This document shows, piece after piece, positions 1-6,339 of a stretch of DNA of 17,584 bases. Below the pieces are notes generated by a model that saw nothing but the letters and a program-made list of their open reading frames with translations, was not told the origin of the DNA and did no database searches. Numbering within the stretch: the first letter of the stretch is position 1; each line of letters starts with the position of its first letter. Origin of the DNA: Simkaniaceae bacterium (GTDB lineage Bacteria > Chlamydiota > Chlamydiia > Chlamydiales > Simkaniaceae); NCBI GenBank assembly GCA_050248615.1, contig JBFWSA010000041.1, positions 1 to 17,584 of the forward strand, written 5' to 3'. A program made the position numbers and the translations under genes.

Positions 1-489
1 GGTCGCTCCTCCCTCGGCATTGAGTCCTACCCACATCTGGTAATAGTGACGCCCTTTTGACCCTTTTGCATGGAGTTCGCGGTAAGGGAAAATCCCCCAC
101 TTTCCACGCGTGACTTTAATTTCGGTAAAACCAGCAGCAGATAGGTCCTGCGTGTTACCATCACAGGAAAAGCGATCAAGCCCAAGTTGAGAAACAGTTG
201 TTGAAACTTGGGCACGAATCAGGCACCCTTTGAGGGTGGTGGGATCGCTAAAATAATCATTTAAGGTTCTTTGGGCTCCCCAGTAGTACCCGGCAGAAAA
301 GTAAGGGTCATCATCTTGGCAGCCCAAGATGAACTCTTGAGGGAGACAGGGATCGACTAGCGGGGGCTTAACAATATAGGGAAGGAGTTTTAAAATGCGG
401 ATTTCATGGGGCTCTTCTTTTTCCAATTTCATTTGGGCAGAGGCTAGTGTAGAAAAAGCCAAAAATAGTGATAAGATCTGCCTAAACAT
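1..489 (-). CDS. Secreted hypothetical protein, 3' end outside the window (missed by the ORF track)
   Basis: Manual translation from ATG at 489 is open for 163 codons to the window edge: MFRQILSLFLAFSTLASA|QMKLEKEEPHEIRILKLLPYIVKPPLVDPCLPQEFILGCQDDDPYFSAGYYWGAQRTLNDYFSDPTTLKGCLIRAQVSTTVSQLGLDRFSCDGNTQDLSAAGFTEIKVTRGKWGIFPYRELHAKGSKGRHYYQMWVGLNAEGGAT. Sec-type signal peptide (basic N-region, hydrophobic core, ASA cleavage site). Confidence 0.85.
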   Translation of the reverse strand, partial: MFRQILSLFLAFSTLASAQMKLEKEEPHEIRILKLLPYIVKPPLVDPCLPQEFILGCQDDDPYFSAGYYWGAQRTLNDYFSDPTTLKGCLIRAQVSTTVSQLGLDRFSCDGNTQDLSAAGFTEIKVTRGKWGIFPYRELHAKGSKGRHYYQMWVGLNAEGGAT

Positions 490-596
490 CTTAGAGCCGT
501 TTTAAGAAAAAGGGTTTAGTACCTATGTTAAAGTGTTAGGTTTTTTCATGCCAGAAATGATTCAGAAAAATGGCATTTTATGAAACACTGCAAACC

Positions 597-1547
597 ATGA
601 AGAAAGTTGTACTCTTTTTACTTCCCCTCTTTTTATGGGCTCATCCTCCGACTTGGACTACTCCTTGGTTTACGGGACCTCTTTTGGCTCCCAGTGCTTC
701 GACTAGCCCTAGAGGGGTTGTGACCTGGCAGCCCTATCTTTTCGTGACAAATAGCTATGGAGTTTTTACCCAAGACTGGGGACGGGAAAAGACTCCCAAC
801 ACCTGGGTCATTCAACCCCTTGTCGATATCACCTATGGATTAACTCCTTTTATGGATATTGAAGCCACCCCTGCCTTTTCTTATACCCTCCGGGAGGGTT
901 CTTCTGCCGTTAGAATGAATGATACCCCTCTCTTTATCGGATTCCAGGTCCTCAGGGATCAAGAGGGAGGGTGGATGCCTGACTTGCGTATCACCCTCCA
1001 ACAGCTATTTCCTTTAGGACAGTATGATCACCTCAACCCTAAGAAAAAAGGGACGGATGGATCGGGTAAGGGATCTTACCGGACAGGGATTAACTTCAAC
1101 TTTCAAAAAATATTTAAAATCGCTGAAGAGCACTACTTTCGACTCCGCACCTCTTGCGGTACCTTTTTCTACTCTTCTCCTCCCCATATCCAGGGACTGA
1201 GCAGTTATGGAGGGGCCTCTGATACCAACGGAAAAATCTATCCGGGAGAGCGTTTTGATCTATTTGTGTCAGGAGAATATACTATCACCCATCAGTGGGG
1301 TTTCGCCTTTGATACCCTTTATGTTCTCGAATTAAAGGACCGTTTTACAGGTAAACGGGGAACGACTTCTAAAGGAAAGGTTGCCCAGGTGGGGGAGTCT
1401 ATCAGGCAGCAAATCAGTTTTGCTCCTGCGGTGGAATATAATTTTAGCGAAAACTTTGGGATCATTGGAGGCGCTTGGTTTACTTTAGCTGGGCAAAATG
1501 CCCCCCAATTTTTTACTGGCACTCTATCTGCTGTAATAAGTTATTAA
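597..1547 (+). CDS. Probable outer-membrane beta-barrel channel protein (resembles Phenol_MetA_deg-type putative transporters)
   Basis: Start moved from 570 to ATG 597, giving the signal peptide MKKVVLFLLPLFLWA. Many alternating aromatic/hydrophobic beta-strand-like segments (WQPYLFV, VDITYGL, GINFNFQK, SGEYTIT, PAVEYNF, GIIGGAWFT) and a terminal aromatic residue (LSAVISY). The CDS is clear; the family assignment is inference. Confidence 0.65.
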   Translation: MKKVVLFLLPLFLWAHPPTWTTPWFTGPLLAPSASTSPRGVVTWQPYLFVTNSYGVFTQDWGREKTPNTWVIQPLVDITYGLTPFMDIEATPAFSYTLREGSSAVRMNDTPLFIGFQVLRDQEGGWMPDLRITLQQLFPLGQYDHLNPKKKGTDGSGKGSYRTGINFNFQKIFKIAEEHYFRLRTSCGTFFYSSPPHIQGLSSYGGASDTNGKIYPGERFDLFVSGEYTITHQWGFAFDTLYVLELKDRFTGKRGTTSKGKVAQVGESIRQQISFAPAVEYNFSENFGIIGGAWFTLAGQNAPQFFTGTLSAVISY

Positions 1548-1565
1548 TAATTATTTTTTTATGTT

Positions 1566-1612
1566 TTGCAAAATTTACTAATTATAGTATAATTCCATCT
1601 TTGATTTAGGAG
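1566..1612 (+). promoter_or_regulatory. Sigma70/sigma66-type promoter and RBS of the ankyrin gene
   Basis: TTGCAA (1566-1571), 16-nt spacer, TATAAT (1588-1593); AGGAG (1608-1612) 4 nt before ATG 1617. Confidence 0.65.
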
Positions 1613-1616
1613 TTTT

Positions 1617-2123
1617 ATGGCAACACAACAAGTAAATTCAAATTTAAGTAACTGGTTTTTACCTTTATTCAAAGTAAACAATCCTCTACGTCTGAATACT
1701 AAAATTCGAGAAGAAGAGAGCTATCTTATAGAAGTTAGACCTTTTTGCTGTCTCTGCCCTCGCCTTCAAACCGTTATTGATCGCCATTTAACTCAACTGA
1801 GGGCTGAGTATGCGGCTAATCTTGCTGCTGCTGCAGTTGCAAGAAGAGAAATAGGAACTGGAATCATCCCCCCTCTCCAAACTTGTATTATGAATGAACA
1901 AGAAGGGCATTTTTTAGCTTTATTGAGAGCTGGAGAAGATGTAAACTTTGCAGATCGTTGTGGACGAACTCCTTTACACAAAGCAGCTGAACAAGGAAAT
2001 AAACGATTTGTTGAAATCCTTCTTATGCATCCTGATATCAGCATCCATTTGCAGACACGTAAGGGTAAAACAGCTGAAGAATTAACCCATAACCCCGAAA
2101 TTCAAGCTTTATTAAGAGTTTAA
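1617..2123 (+). CDS. Ankyrin-repeat protein, putative secreted effector
   Basis: Three ankyrin-like units in residues ~85-168: degenerate PPLQTCIMNEQEGHFLALLRAGEDVN, canonical GRTPLHKAAEQGNKRFVEILL, terminal GKTAEEL...EIQALL. Good RBS. S/T/N/Q-rich N-terminus with no signal peptide. Confidence 0.9.
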   Translation: MATQQVNSNLSNWFLPLFKVNNPLRLNTKIREEESYLIEVRPFCCLCPRLQTVIDRHLTQLRAEYAANLAAAAVARREIGTGIIPPLQTCIMNEQEGHFLALLRAGEDVNFADRCGRTPLHKAAEQGNKRFVEILLMHPDISIHLQTRKGKTAEELTHNPEIQALLRV

Positions 2124-2148
2124 TAGACTCAAACAACTTCGTTGTGGG

Positions 2149-3045
2149 TTATAAGACATAGGTCAAGCTATGTCTAAAAACTGAATCAAAGACTCGTGAA
2201 TGGGCTAGGCGCTCTATCAAGACTTCCCAATTAACGGGCTCCCCTTTGCGGTAAATCCCTAGATCATCTAACAAGTCTAAAAAAGCTTTCCCCCCTGGAG
2301 ATTTTTCAAAACGAGCAAATTCAGCGGCTACTGTCTCAATGTTTTGTAGGACATATTCTGCAAAAACTCTTGGTGTTAAGCTCCCTTCTTCCGCTTCTTC
2401 TTCAAACTGACCCATAATAATCTCTGAAAAAACCGTACCCGGTAAGTAAAGTTTTTTCTCAGGATCAGGAATCGCATCAACATCGATTCCATCAAGAGTT
2501 GCAGAATACTTATAAAGGCTTTCTGATCGACCACTCAAACAGGGGTCACCATTACTAAAGCAACTGAAAAAACCGTTTAAATCTCCTCTCAACTTAGCAG
2601 TTTGGTACGTAGCGGTAAAAACTTCTACACGTTTTCTAAGGACTTCTGGACTGGCACTAAAACCCCCTTCTGCTCCTGCACGTGTAATAGTATTAATCTC
2701 CCGATTTCTTAATTCGTCTGTCCGTAATGAGGTGATGGAGCCAAGACTCTGGGAAATTTTTTCCATATCCGTAATTGTTTGACTAGCTCGAGAGGAAACA
2801 CTTGGTGAAAGACGGTGATCTATTCCCTGTAGATCTGAGCGCATTTGATCGTAAATAGAAGAGACTTTTTGAACATTAACCTTAAAAGAAACCTCATAGA
2901 GAAGAGGTACATTTTGCCTATCCCGAGACAGAGATTGATACTCGATTTGCAAATGCTGCTCTTCCACATCTGAGCTTGAACTGCAACAATAAAAAGGATT
3001 ACAAGCACACAGAAATGTGCAAAATGAACTCATTATGCTAGTCAT
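2149..3045 (-). CDS. Hypothetical protein with Cys-rich/Ser-rich N-terminus, putative effector
   Basis: 298-aa ORF with AGGAG RBS (3051-3055, minus strand) 5 nt before the ATG. N-terminus MTSIMSSFCTFLCACNPFYCCSSSS. No family recognised. Confidence 0.8.
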   Translation of the reverse strand: MTSIMSSFCTFLCACNPFYCCSSSSDVEEQHLQIEYQSLSRDRQNVPLLYEVSFKVNVQKVSSIYDQMRSDLQGIDHRLSPSVSSRASQTITDMEKISQSLGSITSLRTDELRNREINTITRAGAEGGFSASPEVLRKRVEVFTATYQTAKLRGDLNGFFSCFSNGDPCLSGRSESLYKYSATLDGIDVDAIPDPEKKLYLPGTVFSEIIMGQFEEEAEEGSLTPRVFAEYVLQNIETVAAEFARFEKSPGGKAFLDLLDDLGIYRKGEPVNWEVLIERLAHSRVFDSVFRHSLTYVL

Positions 3046-3087
3046 GATTTCTCCTTCAGGAAAATAAATAAATCACATCCAATTAAA

Positions 3088-3096
3088 ATTATAACA
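3088..3096 (-). promoter_or_regulatory. Extended -10 promoter element (TGTTATAAT) for the 298-aa gene
   Basis: Minus strand reads TG-T-TATAAT at 3096-3088, about 43 nt upstream of the ATG. No convincing -35. AT-rich context lowers specificity. Confidence 0.45.
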
Positions 3097-3246
3097 TATT
3101 TAATTATTTTTTATAACAAAAATAACTAAAGCGTAAATAACTCGTTAACAGAAGGTTAAGCAAAACAACAAAGGTAAGTGCTTTAAACTGCATATGAACC
3201 TATCCCGAATTAAAGAATTTATTTGATTTCTTGAATTTTTGAGCAG

Positions 3247-3277
3247 ATCCCCTTTCCCCATTTTGAGGACCAGGGAT
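3247..3277 (-). terminator. Imperfect hairpin directly after the nadB stop, possible terminator or stability stem
   Basis: Minus strand ATCCCT-GG-TCCTCA-AAA-TGGGGA-AA-GGGGAT folds with G-U pairs and a 2x2 internal loop. No U-tract follows. Confidence 0.3.
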
Positions 3278-4788
3278 TAACGGATGCGATAATGGACGCC
3301 CCGCGAGTGGGGGTTGCGTAGCGCTCCTTGGGTGATTAAAAGAGCGGTTTCACACCCATTGCGAAGACCGAGTAGCTCGGGGGTTAAAACGGCATCTGCA
3401 TAGAAGGAGTCAATTTCCCATTTTAATTCAGAAAGCATCTTATAGGCCCGCTTGAGTCGGTGGGTGTTTCTCACTAAACCGACATAGTTCCACATCGTCT
3501 GCTTGATTGTCATCCAGTCTTGTTGAATTAACGCTTCATCGATGGGTTCGGTTCCCATCTTCCAAGGTTCCACTTCTGGAAATTTTAAGGGGGTGATTGT
3601 CCGACTAATGGCATCGCTACAGGTCTTTGCCCAAACAAGTCCTTCTAAAAGGGCGGTTGACGCTAAACGATTGGCTCCATGAACGCCGCTGCAGGCAACT
3701 TCCCCAATAGCACTTAACCCCCGCAAGGTCGTTCTCCCCTCCAAATCTACAGCAATGCCTCCACAACTAAAGTGGGCTGCAGGCACTACGGGAATCGGCT
3801 CCTCTGCTAAATCCCATCCCCTGGCTAAACAATGACCGTAGATGGTGGGAAAACGCTTTTGTAAGAAGTCTTTTTCTTTAAAGCTCATATCGATCCACAC
3901 ATGAGGGCGTGAGGTGCGCACCATTTCTTGAAAGATCTCTCTAGCGGCTTCATCCCGTGGAGAAAGTTCATTCATAAAGGGCTTGAAATCGTGGGAAAGG
4001 ATTCTTCCCCCTTCTCCTCTTAACGCCTCTGAGAGGAGAAAGCGGGGTTCTCCTTCGTGGTAGAACGCTGTGGGATGAAATTGCACATATTCCATATTCA
4101 TGATGCGCACCCCAGCACGATAAGCCATCGCGACGCCATCTCCTCGCGCTTCTTTGCTATTTGTGGTATGCAAAAAAACCTCTCCGACTCCCCCTGTTGC
4201 TATGACGGTCTCTTTGGCTAGCAAGGTGACAACGCTGTCTCCTTCGAGCACATAGGCTCCAATACAGGTTGAAGGGGCATAGATGTCAGTAGGCGTTTTG
4301 GAGTGATGGGAAAGGGTGATCAAATCAATCACACTTTGGACTTCTCTTCTGGTGATAAAAGGATTGTCTGAAATCTTCATCTCGATCGATTCCATGATTT
4401 TCTGTCCTGTGGTATCTCCATGGTACAAAATCCGCGAGGCGCTATGAGCCGCCTCTTTGGTGAGCTTCCACATCCCTTTCTCACATTTTTCAAAAGGGAC
4501 TTTAATTTCATTCAGAAGAATCTCTTCGACATACTTAGGTCCCCAGGTGACGAGTTGATCAACTGCTCGTTCATAACAAAGCCCCGCTCCTGCTTGCATA
4601 ATGTCTTCTTTAAAAAGGGTGTTATCTTGACGATCTGCCTGATAGCTAATCCCCCCCTGAGCTCGATGAGAATTTCCTTTTCCAGAAGTGATCAGGGTAA
4701 CCTGAATCTTTTTCTTGGCAAGCTCGTAGGCACAGAGAGCTCCTGCAATCCCTCCCCCTATAATTAATACATCGGTTTCTTGTATCAT
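3277..4788 (-). CDS. nadB: L-aspartate oxidase
   Basis: FAD-binding IIGGGIAG, SHRAQGGI, EAAHSASRILY.GDTTG, ATGG.G...HTTN, MEYVQFHPT, FLLSEALRGEGG, PRD, PVVPAAHFSCGG, GEVACSGVHGANRLAS.ALLEG, terminal SRGVHYR. 503 aa. The AQGGI and GANRLAS motifs fit NadB better than SdhA. Confidence 0.95.
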   Translation of the reverse strand: MIQETDVLIIGGGIAGALCAYELAKKKIQVTLITSGKGNSHRAQGGISYQADRQDNTLFKEDIMQAGAGLCYERAVDQLVTWGPKYVEEILLNEIKVPFEKCEKGMWKLTKEAAHSASRILYHGDTTGQKIMESIEMKISDNPFITRREVQSVIDLITLSHHSKTPTDIYAPSTCIGAYVLEGDSVVTLLAKETVIATGGVGEVFLHTTNSKEARGDGVAMAYRAGVRIMNMEYVQFHPTAFYHEGEPRFLLSEALRGEGGRILSHDFKPFMNELSPRDEAAREIFQEMVRTSRPHVWIDMSFKEKDFLQKRFPTIYGHCLARGWDLAEEPIPVVPAAHFSCGGIAVDLEGRTTLRGLSAIGEVACSGVHGANRLASTALLEGLVWAKTCSDAISRTITPLKFPEVEPWKMGTEPIDEALIQQDWMTIKQTMWNYVGLVRNTHRLKRAYKMLSELKWEIDSFYADAVLTPELLGLRNGCETALLITQGALRNPHSRGVHYRIR

Positions 4789-4814
4789 GGGGATAAAGAT
4801 AGCGCCTTAAAGCA

Positions 4815-5366
4815 ATGTTTACAAGTCACCTCATATTTGCCCACTCTATTTGGAAAAAACATGTCAAACCAGAATCCTATGCAATCGATGCAACCTGTGG
4901 AAATGGACACGATTCTTTATTCCTTCTGCAGTGTGGCATTTCCTATCTTTACTGTTTGGATATTCAAAAGAGAGCTTTAGAAAATACAGCAAAACGCCTC
5001 GCTAATTTTAAAAATTATTCTTTACATTTGGGGTGTCATGCATTGTTTTCTATGGTGAAACATCCTATCGATTTAATTGTTTATAATTTGGGTTACTTGC
5101 CAGGGGGAGATAAACGTCTAACAACCCAGACTTCGACCTCTCTGAAGAGTGTGGAAAATGGTCTTAAACTACTGAATGAAAATGGCTTAATGAGCATCAC
5201 TCTCTATCCAGGCCACCTAGAAGGGGCTAGAGAAGCAAAAGCGCTCCTCCATTACGCTTTTACACTCCCCAAAAATCAATTTATTTCTTGTCATCATCGG
5301 TGGCTAAATCGCTCACATGCGCCTACAGTGCTTTTTATACAAAAAATAGCATATTCTTTATTTTAA
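4815..5366 (+). CDS. mnmM: Class I SAM-dependent methyltransferase, YtqB/MnmM family (formerly 'putative rRNA methylase'; tRNA mnm5s2U34 methyltransferase-like)
   Basis: Family motifs IDATCGNGHDS, LDIQ..AL, YNLGYLPGGDK, LYPGH.EG..E. 183 aa. The specific substrate is inferred from the family. Confidence 0.85.
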   Translation: MFTSHLIFAHSIWKKHVKPESYAIDATCGNGHDSLFLLQCGISYLYCLDIQKRALENTAKRLANFKNYSLHLGCHALFSMVKHPIDLIVYNLGYLPGGDKRLTTQTSTSLKSVENGLKLLNENGLMSITLYPGHLEGAREAKALLHYAFTLPKNQFISCHHRWLNRSHAPTVLFIQKIAYSLF

Positions 5367-5415
5367 AGTTTGCTAATTTCTTCACGTTAATTTATCTGAA
5401 AAGAATGTTTATGAA

Positions 5416-5444
5416 TTGTTTAAGAATTACAATTCAGGTATAAT
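5416..5444 (+). promoter_or_regulatory. Sigma70/sigma66-type promoter for the downstream hypothetical gene
   Basis: TTGTTT (5416-5421), 17-nt spacer, TATAAT (5439-5444). Implies the ORF-track start at 5416 is too early. Confidence 0.6.
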
Positions 5445-5447
5445 TGA

Positions 5448-5468
5448 GACTGTAAGGGGTTTACAGTC
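5448..5468. promoter_or_regulatory. Perfect 8-bp inverted repeat, candidate operator
   Basis: GACTGTAA-GGGGT-TTACAGTC, beginning 4 nt after TATAAT and so overlapping the expected transcription start. Confidence 0.5.
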
Positions 5469-5505
5469 CCTTATGAAAATGATCCCCAAAAAGCAAAGGG
5501 AACGT

Positions 5506-6339
5506 ATGACAAGAGTTGAAGGTTTTAGTTCAAATAGTCGAGTGGATGCCACCTTCTTATTTCAGGGCGCACAACTCGAAACATTAGAAAGAAAATTAGA
5601 TCAATCGATTCTCAGTCCGAAAGAGCTAGAGTCCATTTCTGAGCAATTAGATCTGCTCAGAGATGCCGCTCTCTCAACGGATTCCAAAGAAACTTACCAA
5701 AGTTTATGGGGAAGAGTCGCAACATTAAGTGTCAATAATTGGGTGGATGCGATTGTTGAAGAATCGTTCTCGCTGCGTAAGGGAAAATACGCGACAAAAG
5801 AAGAGCTTGCCGAAAGAGTGAATGTCCTCAAAAAAGAGATCGCCTCTGTTTGGCATAATAATGCCTTATCGGTAGAAAACCGCCGCTTTATTAAAATCGC
5901 AGTGATGAACATGCAACGTCTCTTTCCTTCCTCAAAAACCGCAGATATGCTACACCATCCTCAGATACAGTTTAGCGAGGATGTTGAAATGCTTCCAAGA
6001 ACTCATGTAATGGCGACAACGGTTGCCCCGAATTGGGATGAAGGAGAAATCGCTCTCGACCTTTGCGAGATGGCTCATTTTTTCTACCAAAATAAATTCC
6101 AAGAAGGGCTTAAAAAGTATAACCAACTCTCTCCCTCCCAAAGGGAGCGTTTAGAAGATCATTGTTTAGCTACTGGGGCTGAGCTGATCACGCAAAATCG
6201 AGACCAAGCCAACTGCCTCCGTTTTATCCAAGCGTTGATTGGGTATGCTAATGAACTGGCTCAAGGTGAAGATATCGATTATTATCCTTCCCTTACTGAA
6301 GTGAAGGAGATGTTCGAAGAGGTTGGATCGTACTCATAA
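5506..6339 (+). CDS. Hypothetical alpha-helical protein (possible effector)
   Basis: Long ORF. Preferred start ATG 5506 (AAGGGA just upstream, and downstream of the promoter), giving 277 aa starting MTRVEGFSSNSRVDA. L/E/K/Q-rich, no TM segment, no recognised family. 3' end overlaps folC by 47 nt. Confidence 0.8.
   Translation: MTRVEGFSSNSRVDATFLFQGAQLETLERKLDQSILSPKELESISEQLDLLRDAALSTDSKETYQSLWGRVATLSVNNWVDAIVEESFSLRKGKYATKEELAERVNVLKKEIASVWHNNALSVENRRFIKIAVMNMQRLFPSSKTADMLHHPQIQFSEDVEMLPRTHVMATTVAPNWDEGEIALDLCEMAHFFYQNKFQEGLKKYNQLSPSQRERLEDHCLATGAELITQNRDQANCLRFIQALIGYANELAQGEDIDYYPSLTEVKEMFEEVGSYS

Noticed and set aside
27..215. 62-aa minus-strand ORF from the track
   Set aside because: Lies out of frame inside the longer signal-peptide ORF at 1-489 on the same strand.
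570..596. Upstream ATG start for the barrel gene
   Set aside because: ATG 597 gives a typical MKK-led signal peptide; the extra nine residues add nothing.
1863..1900. IIPPLQTCI as an F-box or SOCS-box motif
   Set aside because: The segment aligns without gaps to an ankyrin repeat (PPLQ...LLRAGEDVN), which explains it more simply.
2127..2149. Small hairpin (ACAAC-TTC-GTTGT) between the convergent effector-like genes
   Set aside because: Only a 5-bp core with a 3-nt loop and no U-tract; too weak to call a terminator.
3277..4788. Succinate dehydrogenase / fumarate reductase flavoprotein
   Set aside because: The length, the GANRLAS motif and the absence of iron-sulfur or anchor subunit genes favour NadB.
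5450..5466. LexA/SOS box
   Set aside because: Spacing is CTGT-N9-ACAG rather than N8, and the downstream gene has no repair signature.
5416..5505. N-terminal extension of the 307-aa ORF
   Set aside because: The TTG at 5416 coincides with a -35 element, and the stretch contains TATAAT and a palindrome, so it reads as promoter and leader.
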